Part shown: one piece after another, positions 1 through 9,500 of the stretch
How the letters are laid out: each line of letters begins with the position of its first letter
Numbering within the stretch: position 1 is the first letter of the stretch
Assembly: GCA_937902705.1 (NCBI GenBank)
Contig: CALELE010000278.1
Location: forward strand, 1 to 15,801
Direction of reading: 5' to 3'
Origin: an uncultured Myxococcales bacterium
GTDB taxonomy: Bacteria > Myxococcota_C > UBA6777
Length of the DNA: 15,801 nucleotides
Program-made: the position numbers and the translations under genes
Notes under the pieces: generated by a model
Databases searched by the model: none
Told to the model about the DNA's origin: nothing
What the model saw: only the letters and a program-made list of their open reading frames with translations

Positions 1-67
1 CCTCGGAAGCTCGCTCCTTTAGGGGCGAGTAAGTTCACCTGGAGTCACGGAGCTGGTCGCGGCTTCT

Positions 68-1024
68 GTGCTCGGTATGTTGCCCGAACAAATGTCACGT
101 GTGGAGCTTCCTGCCTCCTTCTTTCGCAAAGTCCCCGCACGCAAGGCCATGCAGATCGAATCCTTCGCGCGCAGATTATCCCTCCCGCCCTCACAGCTTC
201 TCGAATGGTGCGCTGGAAAAGCTCATCTGGGTCGTTTGCTTGCGCGTTTGTATGGGCACGAGATGACGGGGGTTGAGCTTCGAGAGGAGCTGTGTGAGGT
301 CGGCAATGAACTTGCATGTGTGCATCATCTTCCTGTGCGATTGCACGCGCAAGACGTTATGGCCGAAGGTGTTGCGCGTTGGCTGGTGGGGATGGATGGT
401 GTGATAGGTTTGCACGCATGTGGACGACTTCATCGGCGTTTGATGGAGGTCTCTGTCAAGGAAGGTGTCGATTCGATTCATCTCGCGCCTTGTTGTTACT
501 TTTTGGACGAAGACGGTGCGGCGTATGGATGTTCGAGACATGCGAGACAATCGGGGTTGGTGATCAAGAAGGCGCACATTCGTTTGGTGACGCAAGAGCG
601 TGTGATCGCGAGTGACCGCAGGGACACTTTGCGTCTGCGTGGTCTACAGTGGCGTTTGGGGTTTGATGAGCTGCAGCGTGAGGTCTGGGGTGGGGAGAGT
701 TATATGAAGGTTCCGTCTGTTACGAGAAAGATCTTGCGTGGTGATTTTCGTGGGTTCTGTGAGCACGTTGCGCGTGTGTCTGGTCGAGAGCTCCCACATA
801 CTCTGGATGTCGAGAGGTATGCTCAAGAAGGGATGAAGAGGTATCGTCAATTTCGTCCCTTTGAGATTGTGAGGGGTGTCTTTCGTCGTCCGTTGGAGTT
901 GTTATTGGTATTGGATCGAGCGTTATATCTCGAAGAGGCAGGGTATCGTGTCAATGTAGGGATATTCTGTGAGAAGCATTGGACGCCGAGGAATTTGATG
1001 CTCCAGGCCTATATATTAGGATGA
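68..1024 (+). CDS. SAM-dependent methyltransferase, Methyltransf_32 (METTL25/RRNAD1-like) family; start may be GTG 68 or ATG 77
   Basis: 318-aa ORF. The motifs '...LEWCAGKAHLGRLLA...' (G-x-G-K-G-x-L SAM-binding-like), 'VIGLHACGRLH' and 'APCCYF' match the signature order I recall for Pfam Methyltransf_32. An in-frame stop at 20-22 means the gene is not truncated by the window edge. No clear SD precedes either start candidate. Confidence 0.55.
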   Translation: MLGMLPEQMSRVELPASFFRKVPARKAMQIESFARRLSLPPSQLLEWCAGKAHLGRLLARLYGHEMTGVELREELCEVGNELACVHHLPVRLHAQDVMAEGVARWLVGMDGVIGLHACGRLHRRLMEVSVKEGVDSIHLAPCCYFLDEDGAAYGCSRHARQSGLVIKKAHIRLVTQERVIASDRRDTLRLRGLQWRLGFDELQREVWGGESYMKVPSVTRKILRGDFRGFCEHVARVSGRELPHTLDVERYAQEGMKRYRQFRPFEIVRGVFRRPLELLLVLDRALYLEEAGYRVNVGIFCEKHWTPRNLMLQAYILG

Positions 1025-2008
1025 GCAGCCGCAGGTGACTTTGCCTGTGAGTGTGGTTGTGTTGGGTTGTTTGGGATCCCAGCTATATTGTGCGGAGATG
1101 TATGGTCCCAGACCACGGCAATTACAACCAGGGAAGGGGGTGTTCTTGAAGATGGGGAATTTCTTTTGTACATCGGGCCAACATGCCTTCAGGGTCTGCT
1201 CAAGTTTGGTGTAATCTTTTGTGGAGCAGCTCTTGGGCATTTTGGGGCTACTAAAGAACAGGAGTTTGCCACCTGTATATGTGAGGTTCGCGTTTGGTGG
1301 GAGGCTTCGTTGTTTGAAGGCGACTTTTTTGTTGAGCAGGGAGACACCTTTCAGATCTTGGTAATCGCTGCCCATGTCGCGGCTCAAGAAGATGACGTCT
1401 TTGACGATACCTCTAAAGCGCATATCTTTGCCGTCGTACTTGTAGATTTTCTTTTGGATGGAGAGGTCACAGGGGCCACCTTGACCTTTGTAGGCTGCTG
1501 TGATGCCGTCTGGTTCGACGACGACGCGGTAGGCGCCAAAGTCATAACATGCGGACGCGCCGATGAGGTCGACAGCAGTGACACCGCCCCAGGTTTTGGT
1601 CTTCATCTCTTTGAGCTGTTTGGCTTTGGCAGCTTTTTCAAAGGAGAGGATCAACCGCATGTTGCTCTTTGAGATGCTGTTCATGCGGACTTTGGAGGCT
1701 GAACGGAAGGGGCGATACCAGGATTGCTTCTTGTAGAAGTCGCGCAGGTCGATGGAGCGAAAGCGTGCGCCTTTGATCGCGAAGATGGCGTTTCGCAGAC
1801 GTCGCAATTCGAGGTAGCTGCGCCATTTGATGTATTTTTCGGGGATTGGTTTGTTCCACAGGGCGCGGCGGAGGTCCGCTTTGGAGACCTTTACGCCGAC
1901 GAGGAACAGGCGGATGCTCGCCTCTTGTGTGCGGGCGTGACTTTGTGTTGGGAGCATCAAAAATGTACCAAGGATAAGTGCCAACGAAGTAGACAATAGT
2001 CGTTTCAT
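1016..2008 (-). CDS. Secreted YARHG-domain protein (N-terminal signal peptide)
   Basis: 330-aa ORF starting at ATG 2006-2008, with AAGGA six nt upstream on the minus strand (plus-strand TCCTT 2015-2019). The N-terminus 'MKRLLSTSLALILGTFLMLPTQSHA' is signal-peptide-like. 'LRRALWNK...LRRLRNAIFAIKGARFRS..DLRDFY...WYRP' fits the YARHG-domain pattern (L-R-N-x-I-[YF]-A-x-x-G). Its 3' end overlaps the convergent methyltransferase gene by 9 bp. Confidence 0.7.
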   Translation of the reverse strand: MKRLLSTSLALILGTFLMLPTQSHARTQEASIRLFLVGVKVSKADLRRALWNKPIPEKYIKWRSYLELRRLRNAIFAIKGARFRSIDLRDFYKKQSWYRPFRSASKVRMNSISKSNMRLILSFEKAAKAKQLKEMKTKTWGGVTAVDLIGASACYDFGAYRVVVEPDGITAAYKGQGGPCDLSIQKKIYKYDGKDMRFRGIVKDVIFLSRDMGSDYQDLKGVSLLNKKVAFKQRSLPPNANLTYTGGKLLFFSSPKMPKSCSTKDYTKLEQTLKACWPDVQKKFPIFKNTPFPGCNCRGLGPYISAQYSWDPKQPNTTTLTGKVTCGCSS

Positions 2009-2488
2009 ACGCAGTCCTTTTCTTTCTTGTGAGCGGCAGCCTGATGTCTTTGCGCTGCCTATGTGAGTGAGTTTGTTGGGCCGTTGGAGCGTTCTTTTTC
2101 AAACATCAACAGCCCTGTGTCCTCCAAGGGAACGACAAACTCACATTCCTTCTTTCTTTGGAGACTGTCTTGGTGGGGATGATTGTGTCTCATCGACCAC
2201 CGATGCCAGTCTACGCATACAGAGACGAACCATCGAGCAAAAAATTTAATTTGTACCTCAGGCTGTCGGGGTGAAAAAGAGCAAAGGAAAGCTAAATCAT
2301 GAAGAAAACGCATTTTTTGTTTTTGATGGGGTTGCGGAGCGCCAGCGATTTGACGAACTCCTTGCATCTTTTTGTGATCTTCGTATGATTCATTTTGATT
2401 TAAAGACAACACATCCAGACTTTTCGTGATTCAGCGTGGATCGTAGATGTACATTTGATCGCCTTGCGATGCTGTGTGTATTGGAGAG

Positions 2489-2540
2489 CGCTCAAACGAG
2501 CACGAAATGTTTCGGTTTGATTCGGAAAAGCTCGTTTGAG
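2489..2540. promoter_or_regulatory. Perfect 12-bp inverted repeat (GCTCAAACGAGC / GCTCGTTTGAGC) with 28-nt spacer in the leader upstream of the small Cys-rich gene
   Basis: The arms at 2489-2500 and 2529-2540 are exact reverse complements. The spacer contains direct 'TTCGG'/'GATTCGG' repeats. The element lies about 120 nt upstream of ATG 2660 in a roughly 650-bp divergent intergenic region. Confidence 0.4.
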
Positions 2541-2659
2541 CTTTGTTGGATTGATTTTGATTCGAAAAAAGCGAAGAGGGTTGTGGGGGGAGCCTCAGGC
2601 AGGGCATTACTTTGCAAACTCAAGAGTTTGAAGAGCAAAATATTTGGAGGTCGCAAACA

Positions 2660-3226
2660 ATGAGAGTTTGTATTGGTCTTGTGTGCCTATCATTGCTTTG
2701 GATGTTTGTTCCCAGCAAAGCAGATGCGTGTAGTTGCCGTTGTGGACCTTATAGAGCGTGGTGTGAGGATGGAAAACTTTGGGAGTATGGGGAGCCTAAT
2801 TGTTTTCGTGATTGTAAGTGTGGTGAGAGGGGATGCTCGCCTATGTGTCACAAAGAATTGTTGTCAACTTGCAGCTTTGGTTGCAAGTCAAATTCGAAGA
2901 AAATAGTTCAACGCTCCGATTTACCTGAAGGCAAGAGTTTTCATGATGTGTTCTGTCGACAAACTCCAGCAGAGCCCTCCGAGGAGCCGTGCTTATTTGG
3001 GGATGGAGGAGGAATGGAAGAACACTATTTGGAGGGGGTTTCGGAAAAGAAACAAGTCCCAACAGAACAGAAACAGGAAGATCTGCCTGAGGCGATACAC
3101 AAAAGATCCAAGGTTCCTCCGAGTGGATTTCAGTGTCAGTTGGGTTCTTCATCCGACGTCTTTGCTCTTTTTGCTTTTGTTGGATTCGCTTTTCTTGTCA
3201 CAACAAGACGCAAACACTTACCTTGA
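2660..3226 (+). CDS. Small secreted cysteine-rich protein with acidic linker and C-terminal sorting-signal-like tail (MYXO-CTERM-like)
   Basis: ATG 2660 is preceded by GGAGG (2646-2650) with a 9-nt spacer. The ORF track's upstream extension from 2612 is probably not translated. 'MRVCIGLVCLSLLWMFVPSKADA' is a signal peptide. The mature part has 16 Cys ('CSCRCGPYRAWCEDG...CFRDCKCGERGCSPMC...'). The C-terminus '...CQLGSSSDVFALFAFVGFAFLVTTRRKHLP' is Cys + Gly/Ser + hydrophobic helix + basic cluster. Confidence 0.6.
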   Translation: MRVCIGLVCLSLLWMFVPSKADACSCRCGPYRAWCEDGKLWEYGEPNCFRDCKCGERGCSPMCHKELLSTCSFGCKSNSKKIVQRSDLPEGKSFHDVFCRQTPAEPSEEPCLFGDGGGMEEHYLEGVSEKKQVPTEQKQEDLPEAIHKRSKVPPSGFQCQLGSSSDVFALFAFVGFAFLVTTRRKHLP

Positions 3227-3265
3227 GTTCGCCATGAGAGAAACTTTGTTGCTGGTGAGGCTGCC

Positions 3266-3423
3266 GGATGGAAAAAAGGATACGGAAAATGAGACGAAGA
3301 CAGAAGGTTGTTGCTGAAGCCACAGGCTTTGTGATTTGTCGTCGACATGGCCCTGCCATGCCTTCTCCTCATGCCTTGCCTGAGGCCCCATCCACTGCCC
3401 TCTTGTCTTCGCTTTTTTCCATC
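3266..3423. repeat. Long imperfect inverted repeat between convergent gene ends (13-bp perfect termini GGATGGAAAAAAG / CTTTTTTCCATCC plus inner CGAAGACAGA / TCTTGTCTTCG arms)
   Basis: 3266-3278 is the exact reverse complement of 3411-3423. A second arm pair lies at 3296-3305 and 3400-3410. The interior also contains a CATGGC-CCT-GCCATG hairpin at about 3346-3360. It sits between stop 3226 (+ gene) and stop 3443 (- gene). Confidence 0.5.
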
Positions 3424-3442
3424 CGACAGCCTTACATGTCTC

Positions 3443-6325
3443 TCACTGATAGCATTGACGGCGACTCCCGTCGCACTTGGCTGGTGACTCACAATCGGAG
3501 ACATAGTAGCACGAAGTCTTGCACTTTCCGGACTTGCAGGCATATCCACCGGGACAATCACTGCTGGACGTACACACATCAGCGCTCAACTTTTTGCAGG
3601 TCCCCGCGCCACAATAGTAACCCTGGTGGCAATCCCTGTTCTCTTTGCAACTCGTCAGGCAGACATTGGACTTACACGCGAAGTTGTTGGGGCAATTCGC
3701 GTCGTAATAACATTGCCCTGGATTCAAGGGATAACACTGTCTTCGGCTGCTGCTGCAATGGAAGGTCGGCTGGCAATCGGAGACATAGTAGCACGATGTT
3801 TTGCACTTTCCGGACTTACAAGAATACCCACCGGGACAATCACTGTTGGATGTACACACATCGGCGCTCAACTTTTTGCAGGCACCAGCGCTGCAATAGT
3901 AACCCTGGTAACAATCCCTGTTCTCTTTGCAACTCGTCAGACATACGTTGGATTTACATGCGAAGTTGTTGGGACAATTCACATCGTAGTAGCATTGCCC
4001 TGGATTCAAGGGATAACACTGTCTTCGGCTGCTGCTGCAATGAAAGGTCGGTTGGCAGTCCGAAGCGTAGTAACATGAGGTCTTGCACTTTCCGGACTTA
4101 CAGGAGTACCCACCGGGACAATCACTGTTGGAGGTGCATGTATCAGCGCTCAACTTTTTGCAGGTACCAGCGCCACAGTAGTACCCCTGGTGGCAATCTC
4201 TGTTCTCTTTACAACTCGTCAGGCAGACATTGGACTTGCACGCGAAGTTGTTAGGGCAATTGACATCATAGTAACATTGTCCCGGCTTCAATGGATAACA
4301 CTGTCTTCGGCTACTGTCGCAGTGGTGTTTGGGCTGACAGTCCGAAGCATAATAACACGAAGTTTTGCACTTACCAGATTTACAGGAGTATCCACCAGGA
4401 CAATCACTGTTGGAGGTACACGTATCAGCGCTCAACTTTTTGCAAGCACCAGCGTTGCAATAGTAACCTTGGTGGCAATCTCTGTTCTCCTGACAGCTCG
4501 TCAAACACGTCTTGGATTTACATGCGAAGTTGTTAGGGCAATTTACATCGTAGTAGCATTGTCCCGGAGGTAAGGGATAACACTGCCGTTTGCTGCTGTC
4601 ACAATGAAAGGTCGGTTGACAGTCCGAGGCGTAATAGCACGAAGTTTTGCACTTTCCGGACTTACAGGAGTACCCACCGGGACATTCCTTGTTGGAGGAG
4701 CACGTGCTGGCACCAAGCCCTTTGCATGTCCCATTGTCACAGTAGTAAGACGACCAACAGTCGCGGTTTTCAGAACAACTGACAGCGCATGTTTTGTTGA
4801 CACATCTGGTGTACGCGGAACAATCACCGTTCACAGCACAAGCTTCGATACTACCGGGGACAACACAGAGACGTTGGAGTTTGTTTTGAATCGATGTGGA
4901 CTGACATACTTTCCCTGTGCCACAATCCGTGTCGGAGCTGCAAAGCTTTGAACAAAACGAAGACGTCGAGGTCTTCAAACAAAAACCGCTCTTACAGTCG
5001 CTGTTCCCAGTACACGTTGCCCCATACCCTGCGCCAGTCTTGTCAACACAAGCGCCTGCTTTACAGACCTTCCCTTGTGCGCACGCGGAGCTCGCTCCCC
5101 ACGTCCAGCATCCACCGCTATCTTTTACGCAGCGGCTGACACCAACGGCATCACAACGGACATCACCTTGTTGGCAGACTTGTTGACAGACCTTCTTACA
5201 GGCTCCGCTCACACACGCCTCACCAGCAGGGCAGGCTTTGGCACCAGCCCAATCAAGACAACCACTCGCTTGAAGGCCACATGACTGGATCAAATCCCCC
5301 AGACATCGGACAGCTCCACTCTTACACGTAGAGGTACATGAGAGCACACACTTTCCAGCCTGACAAGTCCGTTGTGTTGGACACGCGGCAGGAAGTCCCC
5401 AATCCAAACAACCATTGCTCTGTCGCAAACAAGTCTGGACAGCTTGGCCAGAACAGCGAGTCTCATTCGCCTTACACACATCCTGACAGCTCTGTGTACA
5501 GGCACCACCTGAACAGGTTTGACCTGTGGGACAGCTCGAAGCCTTCCCCCACACAGCGCAACCATCTTGCCCACGCACACAAAGACTCACGCCGCCTTGT
5601 GTACATTGCTTATCTCCAGGCACACACACATCCGTACAGGAAGGCACACACTTATTCCCATCACAGATGTGTCCATCACTACAGGTTTTTGGCGTCCCCC
5701 ACTGCAAACATCCGTTCTGTGCACGCACACAATGAGATAACGAGTTGCGTCCAAAACATCGCATATCACCAAGACTACACTCCGATTGACACTGTTGTGT
5801 ACAGAGACCACCAGAGCAGACTTCGCCTTGTGCACATGCCTTCTCTTCCTTCCAGACAGGGCAACCATCGACGACAACACAAAGCATAGGACGATCCGAT
5901 TGACAGATCCGATCCCCTTCCGAACACTCGCCTTTACATGTCGAGACACAAGCGTTGGGCTGACATGTCGTGCCGTCTGGACACTCCTGGATGGCTTCCC
6001 ACGTAAGGCAACCTTGCTTCTTCACACACAGCAGACGTTTTTGACCGTCACATCGCTCATCACCTTCATTCGTACAGGCGTTTGGACAACCTTGTTCTGG
6101 TGTCGTGCCCTCCTGCCCCTGCGCATCAGGTGTCGTCGTCTCTTTCGCTCCCCCACTCCCCTCTCCAGCGTCCACTGGAGCCGCTTCTTTGCTCAGCTCT
6201 TTGTGTGCCTCTTGGTGGGACTCGGAAGATTGTTCACGACCAGATGTCGTCGGACCACATGCCGATAAGATCGACATCGTCAACAACAACACCATCCACA
6301 CCAAACACATCACTCTCTTCTGCAT
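3443..6325 (-). CDS. Large cysteine-rich repeat lipoprotein (960 aa), two repeat classes
   Basis: ATG 6323-6325 has AAGGA nine nt upstream (minus strand). The N-terminus 'MQKRVMCLVWMVLLLTMSILSAC' is a signal peptide with lipobox L-S-A-C. A Gly/Glu/Thr-rich linker follows. Residues about 80-430 form 7 units of ~50 aa with the pattern C-x3-C-x2-G-D-x-R-C-x7-C-V-x4-G-C-x2-W-x5-C-x2-G-x2-C-x2-G-x-C. Residues about 495-960 form a ~94-aa unit repeated 5+ times ('CKSGKCKTSCYYASDCQPTFHC...CTSNSDCPGGYSC'). Confidence 0.85.
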   Translation of the reverse strand: MQKRVMCLVWMVLLLTMSILSACGPTTSGREQSSESHQEAHKELSKEAAPVDAGEGSGGAKETTTPDAQGQEGTTPEQGCPNACTNEGDERCDGQKRLLCVKKQGCLTWEAIQECPDGTTCQPNACVSTCKGECSEGDRICQSDRPMLCVVVDGCPVWKEEKACAQGEVCSGGLCTQQCQSECSLGDMRCFGRNSLSHCVRAQNGCLQWGTPKTCSDGHICDGNKCVPSCTDVCVPGDKQCTQGGVSLCVRGQDGCAVWGKASSCPTGQTCSGGACTQSCQDVCKANETRCSGQAVQTCLRQSNGCLDWGLPAACPTQRTCQAGKCVLSCTSTCKSGAVRCLGDLIQSCGLQASGCLDWAGAKACPAGEACVSGACKKVCQQVCQQGDVRCDAVGVSRCVKDSGGCWTWGASSACAQGKVCKAGACVDKTGAGYGATCTGNSDCKSGFCLKTSTSSFCSKLCSSDTDCGTGKVCQSTSIQNKLQRLCVVPGSIEACAVNGDCSAYTRCVNKTCAVSCSENRDCWSSYYCDNGTCKGLGASTCSSNKECPGGYSCKSGKCKTSCYYASDCQPTFHCDSSKRQCYPLPPGQCYYDVNCPNNFACKSKTCLTSCQENRDCHQGYYCNAGACKKLSADTCTSNSDCPGGYSCKSGKCKTSCYYASDCQPKHHCDSSRRQCYPLKPGQCYYDVNCPNNFACKSNVCLTSCKENRDCHQGYYCGAGTCKKLSADTCTSNSDCPGGYSCKSGKCKTSCYYASDCQPTFHCSSSRRQCYPLNPGQCYYDVNCPNNFACKSNVCLTSCKENRDCYQGYYCSAGACKKLSADVCTSNSDCPGGYSCKSGKCKTSCYYVSDCQPTFHCSSSRRQCYPLNPGQCYYDANCPNNFACKSNVCLTSCKENRDCHQGYYCGAGTCKKLSADVCTSSSDCPGGYACKSGKCKTSCYYVSDCESPAKCDGSRRQCYQ
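3446..4843 (-). repeat. Intragenic tandem repeats, 282-bp (94-codon) unit, about 5 copies at high nucleotide identity, with the most diverged copy at the 5' side
   Basis: The repeat period is visible in the protein ('KTSCYY' recurs every 94 aa). It is also visible in antisense ORFs 3626-4078 and 4190-4573, which repeat 'IPVLFATRQ...' with a 94-aa period. The four C-terminal units are near-identical. Confidence 0.8.
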
Positions 6326-6514
6326 ATCTTTATATCCTTTTGACTACCAGATCATCTCAAGAGCCTCTTTTCATGCGACTCCATCGTATTCAATCTCTAT
6401 TTCCACATAGGTATATTGCACAGAGAACAGATCGGGTTACTTTTTTGTGGTTTTTTTCCTATGGCTGGCGGCACTCTCCTAGAAAATGACCCCATCCCCC
6501 CTGCACTTGACCGC

Positions 6515-9500
6515 TCACTTTACAGGTCGACTTGCAGGTTTTGTCGTTGGACGGCTTGCAGGTTTTGTCGTCGGGCGACTCGCAGGTTTTGTCGCCGGCT
6601 GAAGTACAGACAATGCCTTCCAGGTAAGGTCAGCTTGACGACGCACTCCGTACCAATGGTCGCGTTTGAATGCCTTGATCAACGGCAACGCAAACAACGC
6701 CTGCTTCCCGTGTTCACGCAAACGACGCAACACCATCATACGAACAGTCTCAGCAGGATCCCATAGCCCCTTCACGAGAGCAGCGGTCGCGATTTTCGAC
6801 GCAGACGTCAAATCCCCTAAGACACGCGCAGCCTCTCTTCGGATGTACCGGAGTCGCTCCTTTCGCAAGACATCGGAGAGCACCTTCGCGCTCTTTTGTG
6901 CGTGCGCTTTGTCCTTGAACATCCCCAACAACCATATCGCGATCCATCGATTTTCAGGACGCTTTGCTGCGACAGCCTGCTCACATAAGAGCTTGTGTAG
7001 CGCCACATCCTTTCCGCCCAAAAAGACCAGAAGATACCGAATCACCCAACGAAGCCCCCGATCAGGTTCGGTGAGCAGATGACCCCTCATCACAATGCGG
7101 AAAAACATCGGCTTCCACTTGAGCGTGAGCAACGTCGACAAGATCCGAAGTCGCACGTCATAGTGCTTCTCATAGGAGAGCACACGCACGAGTTTGCTGC
7201 CCACTTTGTTGACCTGTTTGGGCGTGAGCTTGAGCTTTGACAACACATGGGCTGCCTCCCTGCGCACAGGGAGCTTGTGGTTCTTGGTGAGCAGGCGCAA
7301 CAAAACAGGATAGACCTTCGAGGCTTTTGCTCCGATACGTCCAAGCGCCCAGACACACTCGTATCGGGTCATCCAATATCTCTGTGTGGAGAGGACATAC
7401 AAGATGTCATCGACAGCCTCGGCAGCGCGCGCGCCCTGCTTACCAAGCGACCACAGCAGAGGGACCAAGACTTTGGGCTCCTTTTCCCGACGTAACAGCG
7501 CTCGCAATGGCTTGATGTAAGAATGTTTTGTGCCACTGCTCTCAGCAAAACGCCACGCCAAAAAGCGACGAATGTGAGGGTCTTTCTCTTGTTGCACCAT
7601 CTTGAACAGGACCGGCGCGTATCGTCTCAATCGAAACCCAAGGTGATATCCCGCGTCCAGCGCGTTCAAGCGTTGCGCCCTCGATCCAAAACGCAGCACA
7701 TGCATGACCGCGTGGTTGGCGACCAAGGAGTCCGAACGCATGTGACCAATACGTTTGAGGAGCTTTTTGGAGAACGTCTTCTTTGTGCGCTTTGTACGCA
7801 GCTGCTCCGCGAGCTGTTCAAGCGTCCACAGATCGACCTTTCCAGACCAACGAGCGATTGTGTCGCGACGTTTCTGCTCGACATCCAAGACCAACGCGCG
7901 CCCTTGCATACGACGCATCGCAGGCAGCGTCTGCTTCCAGTATCCCCCCTTTCTACCGAGTGTCCGCAAAGCGTTTAACAAGAGTTGCTTGTCCTTTGCC
8001 TTGTGCATGACCTCTCTGTACGCCCTCAGATCAGCTCGCTCGACGTAATTCCGAAGACGATGAAGCGACCAATACAGACGCTTCTTCACCTTGATATCGC
8101 GCTCTTTGGCAAACAACCTCGCCAACAGACTCGCCCGTTCACGTCGCTTTGTCATAAACGCCGGACTTTGACGACCAAGCAGACTCGCCGCGTCCTGACG
8201 CACCCACGAAGCACGATCACGTTGTACGAGCGTCAACCCAATGTCCATCGCCAGATCTGCATCAAGACCAGCGTACTTTAGCGCCCACACAGCATAGTCA
8301 CGGACACTTTTACTGCGGTGAGAGAGCAGCTCCTTCAACACCTCTTGGATCGCCAAATTGCCCTTCGCGTGCCAACGAAGCCCAACGATGATGTTGTTGA
8401 TCATACTCACCTTCGTCTCCACACGAAGACGTGCGATGAGCACCTCTACCCCTTTCGGATGACCAGCCATCCGACGTAGCGCCCTACGTAGCACTTTTTT
8501 GTAAGTCGAATACGAGATCGGATGAATCGCATCAAGTACGGCTTTGTTCACCGCCTCCAAGTATCCCAAAGTCCGGACCGCCTGTTTCCTGAGCCTTGTG
8601 TTGTAATTTTTCTTTAGCGCCCACAACACGAGCGGCAACGCCCACGACGCCTCCTGTTTCCCCAGCCGCAACATCCGCAAGAACGCAAGTGTCGACTTGC
8701 GATTACGCTCATGTAACGACGTCGACAACTCCTCCTTTACTCGTTTGAGCTCCCCAATCGCACGAAGACACGCCATCCCGGAAAGATCATCCTCCAGACT
8801 TTTCTTCATCACGACGAGCTGCGCACACATCCCCGAGAGCTGTTTTCTCTCCAACACGGAGAACGCATTGTGTGGAAGTTTGACTTGGTATTGCTTCTTG
8901 TCTGTCGCGACCTTCGCGAGTGATGACAGGTAGCGTTGGCGGTACTTTGTCGGGACGTCCTTCAGGCCCTTGAGCAGCCGCGTAAAAACGACCGCAGGTG
9001 TCTGCTTACCGAGTCTGACAAGCGCGTTGTGGAGCCTCTTCTCGTGTGGTCGCCCCCAACTGCGTCGAAGATGCTCGACGAGCACCTTCGCCGCGCCATC
9101 ATGTGAGCCCTGTAGCTCACCGAGCAGATCAAACAACACAGATGAACGAAGGTCGTATTTTTTGGAGATGAAGGACTTCAACAAGGAGAGCGCCTTTTGG
9201 CTCTTCATATCGCGGACAAGTCGACGTAAGAGTTTGTACACAGCAGGCTGTAAGTACAACCGATCCCCACCTTTTGTGTGGCTGAGGATATCCTTCAACA
9301 ACACATCGGCATATTTTGTCGTCTCCACCTCACTCAACCACGATGAAAGCGCGATGAGTCCAGCTTGTGTGTAAGCATGTCGAATCACAGAGACCAACAG
9401 CGGGATCAACATTTGACTGTGCGTTTTGTGCTTTTTCCAAAGTGTAAAGAGCGGCAGGACAAGCTGTTGGGAGGTCAGGTAGGGGCGCCAGTCTTTTGCG

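Noticed and set aside
1067-1999. Plus-strand ORFs 1067-1672 and 1724-1999
   Set aside because: They are fully contained antisense within the YARHG-domain gene, which has a signal peptide, a recognisable domain and an SD. They are treated as shadow ORFs.
2612-2659. Upstream extension of the small Cys-rich ORF to 2612 (MQTQEFEEQNIWRSQT...)
   Set aside because: The GGAGG SD sits inside this extension, 9 nt before ATG 2660. The signal peptide begins at the Met encoded there. Translation therefore probably starts at 2660.
3268-4573. Long plus-strand ORFs (3268-4254, 3626-4078, 4190-4573) rich in Cys/Arg/Ser
   Set aside because: They lie antisense to the 282-bp tandem repeats of the 960-aa Cys-repeat gene. 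Their periodic similarity mirrors the sense-strand repeats, they have no SD, and their composition is an antisense artefact.
6416-8281. Multiple 60-150-aa ORFs on both strands inside 6515-10627
   Set aside because: They are shadow ORFs within the continuous 1370-aa HEAT-repeat reading frame. They are Arg/Ser/Cys-rich with no start context.
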